Origin: Torpedo marmorata
Taxonomy: Eukaryota
Direction: 5' to 3'
DNA length: 64,000 nt
NCBI GenBank assembly: GCA_977017645.1
Contig: OZ360221.1
Location: forward strand, 157,418,001 to 157,482,000
In this document: positions 11,282 through 21,101 of the stretch, in pieces
Position numbering within the stretch: the stretch's first letter is position 1
Layout of the letters: each line of letters starts with the position of its first letter
The notes under the pieces: model-generated
The model's input: the letters and a program-made list of their open reading frames with translations, nothing else
What the model was told of the DNA's origin: nothing
The model's database searches: none
Program-made: the position numbers and the translations under genes

Positions 11282-12437
11282 CACTTCTTGACTCAAATCA
11301 GTACAATGTTTTTTTTCATTCTTAACTTTATTTATTCTAGAACATGTTCATGGCTGCAAAATTCTTTGATGTTCCCTTAAATATATTTTGGTGGAATTCA
11401 GGTTGAATTCTAACAATTTTCTTCCAAATGACAAATCTACTAGGCAATGTTCCTAAATTGTTTCCATGACTTTCCATGAGTCATTGTTTTGTTTCTCCTT
11501 AATCATTTCTCTCTCATTGTTGCCTTAAGATTTGCCTGAACCAGGTTAAATTATGTTCTGAATCTTCAATGCACAAGTTACTCAGCAGGTATATTACATG
11601 TGGCAGCATTCTGTATTTTAGAAAACGGTTTGCTGATTGATATTGAGTCATACAGGATTGAAGCAGGCCCTTCAGCCCAACTTGCCCATGCTGAACAAAA
11701 TGTTCCTCCCACACCAGTCCCACCTGCCTACATTTGGCTCATATACCTCTAAACCTATCCTATTCATATATGTGTCCAAATGTTTCTTAAATGTTCCAAT
11801 AGTACCTGCCTCAACCACCTCCTTTAGGTTGTTCCATACATCCACCTCTCTTTGTGTAAAAAAATTACCTCTCAGGTTCCTGTTAAACCTCTCCCCCCTC
11901 ACCTTAAACCTATGTCTTCTGGTTATTGATTCTGGGAAAATGACTCTCTGTGTTCACCCAACCTATTCCTCATGATTTTGTACACTACTATGAGATCACC
12001 CCTCATCTTCCTGCACTCCAGGAACTAAAGCCTGGCCTGCTCAAACTCTCCCTATAGCTCAGGCCCCTGAGTCCTGGCATCATCCTTGTAAATCTTCTCT
12101 GAACCCTCTCAAGTTTGATAACATCTTTCCTCTCGCACGGTGACCAAAACGGAACACAATGCTCCAAATGGGGCTTCACCAATGTCTTATAGAACTGCAA
12201 CATGACATCCCAACTTCTATACCAAGGCCAATGTGGTGAAAGCCTTATGACTACCCTATTTACCTGTGATGCCACTTTCAAGGTACTATGTACCTGCACT
12301 CCTAGATACCTCTGCTCTACAACACTCCCCAGATGTAAACACGAAAATCTGTAGACACCGTGGTTGAAGTAAAAAACACAAAAGCTGGAGAACTCAGCAG
12401 GTCAAACAGTGTCTTTTATGTAGCAAAGATAGAAATA

Positions 12438-12478
12438 CATAACCGACGTTTCAGGCTTGAGCCCTTCTTCAAAGTATG
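12438..12478 (-). ncRNA. Minimal type-I hammerhead ribozyme motif in the PLE 3' tail
   Basis: Minus strand reads CATACT-TTGAAGA-AGGGC-TCAA-GCCT-GAAAC-GTC-GGTTATG: core variant, stem II, GAAA and GUC triplet. Confidence 0.7.
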
Positions 12479-12661
12479 AGAAAATGCCGGCAGACGTCCG
12501 AACAAAGGAGTGAGGGGGGAAGGGGGTGGGAAAGGCAGGAGATAATAGGTGGAGAAAGGAGGGAGGGGACAGCAGCAAAGAGGGGGAGGAGGGATGGCTG
12601 GTTGGGTGGAAAAAAACAGGAAGGACAGGTGAGCGGGAGGGGAAGGGAACAACAAGCAGGT

Positions 12662-15600
12662 TTAGTGGAAAGCAGAAAAGTCAATGTTAATTCCATCTGG
12701 CTGGAGAGTGCCGAGACGGAATATGAGATGTTGTTCCTCCAATTTGCGGGTAGTCTGGGTGGGATAGTACATGAGGCCATGGACAGACATGTGAGTGTGG
12801 GAGTGTGACCCAGAATTGAAATGGTTGGCTACTGGGAGGTCGCTGTTGTTGCGGACGGAGAGGAGGTGCTCAGCAAAGCGGTCTCCCAATCTACGACCGG
12901 TCTCTCCAATGTATAGAAAGCCACAAAGGGAGCACCGGATGCAGTAAATAAGTCCTCTGGATGTACAAGTGAAGTGTAGTTTCACTTGAAAGGCCTGTTT
13001 GGGGCCCTGGACCGTGGTGAGGGGGGAGGTGTGGGCGCAGGTGTTGCACCTCCTGCGGGCACAGGGGAAGGTTCCGGGGGTGCGATGGGTGGGGAGGGAC
13101 GAGTGCACGAGTGAATCACGGAGGGAGCGGTCCCTACGGAAGGACGAGAGGGGAGGAGAAGGAAATATGTGTCTGGTGGTGGGATCCTGCAGCAAGTGCC
13201 GGAAATTCCGGCGGATAATGTGTTGGATGCGGAGGCTGGTGGGGTGGTAGGTGAGGATGAGGGGTATTCTATGTTTGTTGCGTCTGGGGGCAGAGGGGGC
13301 CAGGGCAGATGAGCGGGAAATGGAGGAGATGCGGGTGAGGGCTGAGTTAATGGTGGTGGAGGGGAAGCCACGTTTGTGGAAAAAGGCAGACATTTCAGAA
13401 GATCTGGAGTGGAACACCTCATCTTGGGAACAGATGCGGCGGAGGCGGAGAAATTGAGAGAAGGGGATGGAGTCCTTGCAGGGGACAGGGTGTGAGGATG
13501 TGTAGTCCAGATAGTTGTGGGAGTTGGAGGGTTTGTAGTAAATGTCGGTGGAAAGCTTGTCTCCCGAGATGGAGACAGAGAGATCCAGGAAGGGGAGAGA
13601 GTTATCGGAGATGGACCAGGTGAGTTTGAGATCGTGGTGAAAGTTGGATGCGAAGTGGATGAAGTTGACAAGCTCATCTTGGGTGCATGAGGCAGCCCCG
13701 ATGTAGTCGTCGATATACCGGAGGAAGAGATGAGGGGTCTTGCCTGTGTAGGCTTGCAGCATGGATTGCTCCACAAAGCCCACAAACAGGCAGGCGTAGC
13801 TGGGACCCATGCGGGTACCCATGGCTACTCCTTTGATTTGGAGGAAGTGGGATGAGTTGAAGGAGAAGTTATTGAGAGTAAGGACAAGTTCTGCCAGGCG
13901 GAGGAGAGTGGTGGTAGAGGGTGACTGGTCGGGTCTTTGGTCCAGGAAGAAGCGAAGTGCTTTCAGACCTTCTGTGTGGGGGATAGAGGTATAAAGAGAT
14001 TGGACATCCATGGTGAAGATGATGCGGTCCGGTTCAGGGAATCTGAAGTCATCGAGGAGATGGAGGGCATGTGAGGTGTCGCGGATGTAGGTGGGGAGGG
14101 ATTGGACCAGGGGAGAAAAGATGGAGTCAAGGTAAGATGAAACTAGTTCGGTGGGGCAGGAGCAGGCAGAAACAATGGGTCTGCCCGGATGGTTGGGTTC
14201 GTGTATCTTGGGTAGAAGGTAGAAACGGGCAGTGCGGGGGTGGGGGAGAATGAGGTTGGTGGCCGTGGAGGGGAGGTGACCGTAGGTGATGAGGTCGGAG
14301 ATGGTGTTGGAGACAGTGGCTTGATGTGCTGTGGTGGGGTCCTGTGGGAGGGGTCGGTAGGAGGAGGTGTCTGAGAGTTGTCGACTGACCTCGGCAAGGT
14401 AGAGGTCAGTGCGCCAGACCACAACCGCACCGCCCTTGTCTGCGGGTTTGATGGTGAGGTTGGGATTGTTGCGGAGAGAGTGGAGGGCAGAGCGTTCTGA
14501 GAAGGTGAGGTTGGAATACGAGAGGGGGGTGGTGAAGTTAAGACGGTTGATGTCTCGGCGGCAGTTGGAAATAAAAAGGTCCAGAGCGGGCAGCTGGCCA
14601 GGGCGGGGTGTCCAGGAAGAGGAAGAAGGCTTGAAGCTGGAGAAAGGGTCTTGGGTGGGGGGTGGAGAATCATGGTCATGGAAGTGAGCACGGAGGCGGA
14701 GGCGACGGAAGAAGAGTTCGGCATCATGGCATGCGCGGAACTCGTTGAGGTGTGGGCGGAGGGGGACGAAGGTGAGGCCTCTACTGAGGACGGAGCGCTC
14801 CGTCTCAGAGAGGGGAAGGTCGGAGGGGATGGTAAAAACCAAGCAGGGGTTAGAGTGGGGATCGGTGTTGTGGAGGGTGTTGGGGGGAGGGGGAGGGTTG
14901 GGGAGGTCAGAGGGGGGAGGTGGAGGGTGGGGGAGGTTGGAGGGAGGGGGATGGGGGGTCGGAGGGGGGAGGTGGGGGGTTGGGGAGGTGGGAGGGTGGG
15001 AGAGGGGGGTAGGGAGGGTAGCCAGAGAGAGGGGGGGGATGGAGGGAAGGGAAGGGATGAGGTCTGAGGGTTGGGGAGGAGAGTGGGGCAGAGAGGGGGA
15101 GATGGGGGTGGAGTAGGGAGAGGTGTGGGAGGAGAAGGAAGGAGTAGTGAGGGGGATAGGTAAGTGGGATCTTGTTGCGAGATGAGGACTCCAGTGGCAG
15201 TCAGCGTGGGAGGCTCCAGCAGGTAACAGTCTGTGTCGGGAGTCGGCGGTGGAGGCATCGGGAACTCTGGTGAGTAGAGGCTCGGGGTCCGGGCTGGGGT
15301 TGGCGGCCGTAGCGTCGGGAGTACCGTCGTGTCGGCGCCCGGGGTGCGGGTAGGAGCAGGCGGCTGCGGCGTTGGGAGCTTCGGTGAGTCGGCGGCCGGC
15401 GCCCAGGGTCGGTTCGGCAGCCGTCGCGTTGGGAGCTCCGGTGAGTCGGCGGCCGGGACCAGGGATCGGGTCGGTGGCTGCGGCGTTGGGAGCTCCGTTG
15501 AGTCGGCAGCTGGGGTCCAGGGTCAGGTCGGCAGCCGTCGCGTTGGAAGCTCCGGTAAGTCGGCGGCCGGGGTCCAGGTTCGGGTCGGCGGCTGCGGCGT

Positions 15601-15703
15601 GGGGAGCTCCGGTGAGTCGGAGGCTGGGACCAGGGATTGGGTCTGCGGATGCGGCGTTGGGAGCTCCGGAGAGCAGGCGGCCGGGGCCGAGATGGGGATC
15701 CAC
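12662..15703 (-). CDS. Penelope-like RT with Cys linker and GIY-YIG endonuclease (frame stays open to the 5' junction at ~15755)
   Basis: IKPADKGGAVVV, FYLLPKIH, GRPIVS, MDVQSLYTSIP, GVAMGT, RYIDD, LPFLD. Linker CARRRCNTC (Neptune-type). LIYCIRC..YIGETGRRL..RFAEH and GIN. Confidence 0.93.
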   Translation of the reverse strand: MDPHLGPGRLLSGAPNAASADPIPGPSLRLTGAPHAAAADPNLDPGRRLTGASNATAADLTLDPSCRLNGAPNAAATDPIPGPGRRLTGAPNATAAEPTLGAGRRLTEAPNAAAACSYPHPGRRHDGTPDATAANPSPDPEPLLTRVPDASTADSRHRLLPAGASHADCHWSPHLATRSHLPIPLTTPSFSSHTSPYSTPISPSLPHSPPQPSDLIPSLPSIPPLSLATLPTPLSHPPTSPTPHLPPPTPHPPPSNLPHPPPPPSDLPNPPPPPNTLHNTDPHSNPCLVFTIPSDLPLSETERSVLSRGLTFVPLRPHLNEFRACHDAELFFRRLRLRAHFHDHDSPPPTQDPFSSFKPSSSSWTPRPGQLPALDLFISNCRRDINRLNFTTPLSYSNLTFSERSALHSLRNNPNLTIKPADKGGAVVVWRTDLYLAEVSRQLSDTSSYRPLPQDPTTAHQATVSNTISDLITYGHLPSTATNLILPHPRTARFYLLPKIHEPNHPGRPIVSACSCPTELVSSYLDSIFSPLVQSLPTYIRDTSHALHLLDDFRFPEPDRIIFTMDVQSLYTSIPHTEGLKALRFFLDQRPDQSPSTTTLLRLAELVLTLNNFSFNSSHFLQIKGVAMGTRMGPSYACLFVGFVEQSMLQAYTGKTPHLFLRYIDDYIGAASCTQDELVNFIHFASNFHHDLKLTWSISDNSLPFLDLSVSISGDKLSTDIYYKPSNSHNYLDYTSSHPVPCKDSIPFSQFLRLRRICSQDEVFHSRSSEMSAFFHKRGFPSTTINSALTRISSISRSSALAPSAPRRNKHRIPLILTYHPTSLRIQHIIRRNFRHLLQDPTTRHIFPSPPLSSFRRDRSLRDSLVHSSLPTHRTPGTFPCARRRCNTCAHTSPLTTVQGPKQAFQVKLHFTCTSRGLIYCIRCSLCGFLYIGETGRRLGDRFAEHLLSVRNNSDLPVANHFNSGSHSHTHMSVHGLMYYPTQTTRKLEEQHLIFRLGTLQPDGINIDFSAFH
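15290..15700 (-). repeat. ~63-bp GC-rich coding tandem repeat (about 6-7 units, 21-aa GAPNAAAADPxPGPGRRLT)
   Basis: Recurring GCGTTGGGAGCTCCGGTGAGTCGGCGGCCGG at 63-bp period; repeats visible in the translation. Confidence 0.9.
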
Positions 15704-17446
15704 GTGGAGGGTCGCAGAGGCTGCAGTTTCAAGGGAGGCAAGCTTACGGTTCCTACCCTACCGTTCACTGTGTAGATCCTACCCATTTTAAACTTCCCAA
15801 AATCCAACACTTCTTTCTGCATTAAATCCCATCAACCATTCCTCTATCCACCTCCCCGACCATCAAGTTCCTGCTGCAACCTTTGGCAACTGTCTTTACC
15901 ATCTACAATACCAGACACTTTCATTTCATCCGCAAATTTGCTAATCTCATTGTTAAACTTGAAGAGCCTTGTCACATTTGTTTCTTCGGTGCTTTTCTGA
16001 CAATTCCTACTCATCTCTGAGCTGTGATGATCTAGAGTAATAAGTGTGTAATTAATAGATTTTTGTTTCATAAACCACTCAAATGAAAACGAATAAAATT
16101 AAGAATCATGATCAGAGATTATTTCTTGCAGAAAGCCATGGTGTGAGAAAGTGGATCTCAGTTCTTTGATTGTGAATTTTTTAGCACTGCAGACCTCAAT
16201 ATAGTTCATTTTGTGTGGTAGAGTACAAAGAAGTTATCAATCTCCTTTTCAGAATACTCAATGTTTACTCTTTGGAAAGGTGTCATTGGCTATTTCTAAC
16301 ACTGCAAATGTGTTATCACTGGCTGTGTTCTGTATTTTTCACTTGTCCTTCATGCTTTTGAACTGTAAGGGCAGGCAGCCCATCCAGTTTTCCCCTTCCC
16401 AGCACAGAGGTGCTGAGGCAATAAGATAGTTCACAGAGAGATGGGATCAAACCTTTAAACTTTACTGGTCAAGTGGTTTCGTGCTATGCTGGGATGTATC
16501 TTTACAGTAAGCAATAACAGAAGTGTCTCTTAATTATGTTGCTTATTTTGGGTGAGACACTTTGATCGCTTGTATCTTCGTGCAATATGTTCCAAAACTA
16601 ACTAAATACAGCTGTATAAATGGGTGTGCAGGGCCATAACCTGGTGGTTTGTTTATACACAGTTGTATGCACTAACGACAGAACAGAAGCAGCCTAGGGT
16701 TAGGAACATGTTTTTGGAAAACATTCTCAGAATCTTACATTAATTATTTGTGTCTGTTCAGATTGGAATAGACTGCATTGGTGAATTAACTGTAGACAGT
16801 CATTTTGCTACATATAAATTTAGAGGCAACAAGCGGGCATGTCCTCTATATTGTAATTCAACCTCACTTTTTGCTCCCAAAGTTGTAACTTAAAATTCCA
16901 TTAAAATAATCAGTTTTGACATTATTCATGGGTTTGGAAATATTCTTTGCTTAGAGTAAGGGTATAACTATTCCTCAATGAACAGAACATTTCCTTCAAA
17001 ATATAACCTGTTCTATAAATTTTCATGTGTTGGTAAATACTCTTTGCTTAGAGTAAGGGAAATGCAAGTATTTCATAATGAAAGAAAATGTCCTTAAAAA
17101 AACAGCATAGCGAAGATAGAGTGCATGCATTGTTCAGGAACTATGTTCTGATTTTGTGAGCTTATTAATAAATTACACAGAACTGTACTACATGCTACAC
17201 CAGAAAAATACGCCAGGGTTTCAGAAGTGAAACATTCGCTCTCAAGGCCTTTCATGATTTTGTTTTTCAAATTTGACAACTACATTGTTCTCGTCTTCAT
17301 TCTGTAATTCCAATTTATGCACTTTACAAAGCTGATCTGCTGGTAGCAAAGGATTTATCAAAAAGTTTAAACTTCCCATTAAAGAACATTCTCTTAACTG
17401 GAATATTATTGCAAACTTACACTGAAAATGAAAATGATTTAATGAA

Positions 17447-18045
17447 CGGTTAGTGGAGTGGTTAGCACAATGCTATTACAGTGCCAGTGACCCAGGTTCA
17501 AATCCAGTGCTGTCTGTAAGGAGCTTGTAAGTTCCACCTTGTGGGTTTCCTCCGGGTGCTCTGGATTCAAGATTCAATTTATTGTCATAGTAATAAAACA
17601 GTGTCATCTTACATGAAATTTCTTTTTGCCTGCTGCAAGGCAGACAGATTCGCCACCGGCAGAAATTGCCTAAGCACCTCTAACACTCCCCACAGTCAGA
17701 GAAAGAGAAGCAAAAGAGAGTCCCCCCAGAGTCACCGAGTGTCCGTAGATTCGCCTCCAGCACTTCCGCAGCCTCTGCAGCTACACAGAGTCCAGTCCAA
17801 ACCATCGGCAACCCGAGCTCCAGATCCGAACCTCTGACACGGTCAGGAACCCTTCGACGCCCTCGGCGCCTTTCAGTTTGTCAAATGCTTCCTGACAAAT
17901 GACTGTCCACATAAACTTTTCACTTCCACCTACATTCCAAAAAGTAAGAGGTAAGTAGGTTAATTGGTCACATGGGTGTATTTGGGCGGCATGGGCTCGT
18001 GGGCCGGAAGAGCCTGTTACCGTGCTGTACCTCTAGATTTAAAAA
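17447..18045 (+). mobile_element. tRNA-derived V-SINE (HE1-like), interrupted by an insertion at 17563-17870
   Basis: A/B-box head GTGGTTAGC..GGTTCAAATCC, V-domain GTGGGTTTCCTCCGGGTGCTC, and CR1-like tail GTGGGCCGGAAGAGCCTGTTACCGTGCTGTA. Confidence 0.85.
17563..17870 (-). mobile_element. Unclassified non-coding retroposon with a Rex1-like 3' tail
   Basis: Minus strand ends ATGACAATAAATTGAATCTTGAATCC; body matches 25780-25900. Confidence 0.65.
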
Positions 18046-18059
18046 AAAAAATTAAAATT

Positions 18060-18320
18060 GAAAATGGAATTGTTTATTATCAAGTATTCCTAGATACAGT
18101 GAAAAACTTTGTTATTACGTGCTATGCAGGAAAGTCAATCTATGCATAGTACCACAGGCAGTGCAAGAATAAAAACAGAAGTGTGGAGTGTTGAAGAGAA
18201 AAGTTAAGTTAAACAGTGCAAAACATCATCTTTTACGAATAAGAAGTCTACTCAAGGGTCTGTTAACAGCAGGTAAGGGACTGTCCTTAAATCTTCAGGT
18301 GCCTGCTTTCAAACATAAAT
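18060..18320 (-). mobile_element. Old Rex1-like LINE 3' remnant
   Basis: Minus strand has TTTAAGGACAGTCCCTTACCTGCTGTTAACAGACCCTTGA (FKDS..PAV.R.L) followed by an AATAAA tail. Confidence 0.5.
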
Positions 18321-18512
18321 TGTTTTCTAGAGAAATAATTATTTCTGTTGGAGAAAAGCTTTCAGTCCTGTACAGTGGACTGTTTTCCTAACTTAACTTA
18401 CATCACAATGCAACACATTAACTGACTCAATCATATCATTACAGTACGTGTTTAAACAAGCAAGACATGCCATTTGGCTCCACTGTTTGAATGTAATTCA
18501 CACCTTCAGCCA

Positions 18513-19210
18513 CATTGGTCCATCAGTCTTTGAAGGTTGGAATGTGGGTACAGGAGGCAGTAAAGAAAGTAAATGACATGTTGGCTTTTATTGTAAGAGG
18601 TTTTGAATATAGAAGCAGGAAGATGTTGCTGCAGTTGTATAGGGCCTTGGAGAGGTCACATCTTGAATACTGTGTGCAGTTTGGTCTTTTAATCCAAGGA
18701 AGGATATTCTTGCTATTGAGGGAATGCAGCAAAGGTTCACCAGACTGATTACTGGGATGGTAGGGATGATGTATGGAAGAAAGACTGGATAGACGAGGGT
18801 TATACTCATTGGAATTTAGAAGAATGTGTGGGGATCTCAATGACACATAAAATTCTGACAGGACTAGACAGGTGAGATGCAGGAAAAATGTTCTTAATGT
18901 TGGGGAATTCCAGAATAAGGGGTCATATTCTAAGGGGTAAATCATTTAGGATTGAGATGACAAATTTCTTCACAGAGAGCTGTGAACTTGTGGAATTCCC
19001 TACTGCAGAAAGTTGTTGAGACCAGTTCATTAGGTTTATTTAAAAAGGAATTGGATGTGGTCCTTATGGTTTAATGGATCAAGGGAAGGGAGACAAAGCA
19101 GGAATAGGGTACTGAGATTGCATGATCAGCCATGACTGTATTGAACGATGGTGCAGGCTCGAAGGGCTGAATTGCCTACTCCTGCACCTGTTTTCTGTGT
19201 TACTATGTTT
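18513..19210 (+). mobile_element. CR1 LINE 3' fragment
   Basis: VHQSLKVG..V.EAVKK..LYRALERSHLEYCVQF; 3' tail GAAGGGCTGAATTGCCTACTCCTGCACCT. Confidence 0.85.
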
Positions 19211-19555
19211 TAATACAGTGTTCAACTTCCATGAAGAAACAGCCAACTAGGACCATTTAAAGGAATCATTGTATATATTGTGGTTCGTATAAGAGCATTG
19301 GTTCATGATAGAATTTCAAACTATAATCTAACCAATAAATTCACACAGGCCTAATCTCTGTTCCGATCAGAGTCAGGCAAGGCTACTGCTTTATCCCAAC
19401 ACTTTTTTCAATCGATCTTATCCACAATGAGCTTCTTGCTGGAATGAAAATGAACCAGGCGAGAACCAAGGTTACCCCAATCTTGGAAATCGAATGGGGT
19501 ATTCAGGATGTGTCCAGTGACAATCAGCAGATCCATGGTTATGTGTTATAAGCAA

Positions 19556-20461
19556 TAACCATATAACCATATAACAATTACAGCACGGAAACAGGCCATT
19601 AGGCCCTTCCAGTCCGCACCGAACCAAAACATTCCTATCTAGTCCCACCTACCTGCACCTTGCCCATAACCCTCCACTTCCCTCTCATCCATATACTTGT
19701 CCAACTTTTTCTTAAATACTAAAATTGACTCTGCCGCCACTACTTCTCCCGGAAGCTCATTCCACACCGCTACCACTCTCTGAGTAAAGAAGTTCCCCCT
19801 CATGTTACCTCTAAACCTCTGCCCCTTAACTCTTAGCTCATGTCCTCTTGTTTCAATCTCTCCTATTCTTAATGGAAATAGTCTATCCACATCCACTCTG
19901 TCTATCCCTTTCATAATTTTAAATACCTCTATCAAATCCCCTCTCAACCTTCCACGCTCCAAAGAATAAAGACCTAATCTGCTCAATCTCTCCTTGTACT
20001 CTAAATTCTTAAACCCAGGTAACATTCTGGTAAACCTTCTCTGCACTCTCTCCACTTTGTTGATATCCTTCCTATAATTTGGCGACCAGAACTGCACACA
20101 AAACTCTAAATTAGGCCGCACCAAAGCCTTATATAATCTCAACATCACTTCCCAACTCCTATATTCTATGCATTGATTGATGAAGGCCAGCATACTAAAA
20201 GCCTTCTTCACCACCCTATTCACATGAGTTTCCACCTTCAGGGAACGATGCACCATTATTCCTAAATCTTTCTGCTCTTCTGTATTCATCAATGCTCTCC
20301 CATTTACTACATATGTCCTGTTCTGATTCTTCTTTCCAAAATGAAGCACCTCACACTTATCAGCATTAAACTCCATCTGCCATTTTTCAGCCCACTTTTC
20401 TAAGCAGCCCAAATCCTTCTGCAATCCTTGAAAACCTTCTTCATTATCCACTATTCCACCT
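19556..20461 (-). mobile_element. Young CR1 LINE 3' fragment; ORF2 C-terminus still open (19639-~20460)
   Basis: WQMEFNADKCEVLHFG, KDLG, LVRPNLEFCVQFWSP, LRGDLIEVFKI, TRGH, FFTQRVV..WNELP; (ATATGGTT)n tail. Confidence 0.92.
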
Positions 20462-21101
20462 GCAAGGTAAACACTTGTAAGCAATTGTGGAGCTGATGGA
20501 GAAGGAGGAGGAGGAGGGGGCAAGAAATGTTGTGAGTTACTTTTTGGCTGGCCAGTTTGAGATCAACTAACCCAACTATAATATCAGTAAACAAAATCCC
20601 AATTCCCCCATCTAGACTTCCCACCTTGAGACACACATGAGATTGCAGATGCTAGAATCTGAAGTGAAACACAATCTGCTGGAGGAACCCAGCAGGTTGA
20701 GCAGCATCAGTGACTGATGTTTTGAGCCAAAACCCTTTATTGAGACTTGTTGAATGTAGGAGAAAAGCCAGTGTGAAGAGCCCACGGTGGGAGGTGTGGG
20801 AGAGGGGCCCCATGTGAACCAGGAAGAGGTGAAACATGATGGACAGAGGCATCACATTGACAGATACCAGACAAAGGGAGAGAGAAGCAAAATAATACAA
20901 AGGGGCCAGGTGTGAGAAGATAAGTCACACAATGTGGAGGTGATGAGAAGACAAAGGCTGCCAGGCCTGGAATCTGATAAGAAGAGTTGAGAATGTTGGT
21001 GTGAAGAGAGACCAGATGGAACAGAAAGGTGGGGAAGGGGGTAGGGGGTGGAGGGGGATTGAGCCAGAAGAGGGGGGGGGGTGGTGGTATGGGAATGGGT
21101 G

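Larger units (their letters stand above)
12335..15755 (-). mobile_element. Penelope-like element, Neptune-type, 5'-truncated, young
   Basis: RT + GIY-YIG ORF and a 3' tail with a hammerhead motif. Inserted into CR1 with no visible TSD. Confidence 0.92.
11640..15965 (-). mobile_element. CR1 LINE 3' fragment split by the Penelope-like element (pieces 11640-12334 and 15756-15965)
   Basis: Minus ORFs LRGNFFTQREV..WN.L, LVKPHLEHC..FWSP and SKFADEMK. The junction CCCCAGAT|CCCTACC reconstitutes the sequence seen in the CR1 copy near 45890. Confidence 0.85.

Noticed and set aside
12982-15825. Many overlapping Pro- or Gly/Arg-rich ORFs of 100-370 aa
   Set aside because: Alternative-frame and antisense shadows of the GC-rich Penelope ORF.
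16935-17095. Imperfect ~97-bp direct duplication (CTTTGCTTAGAGTAAGGG twice)
   Set aside because: Looks like an ordinary old local tandem duplication with no termini, TSD or coding signal.
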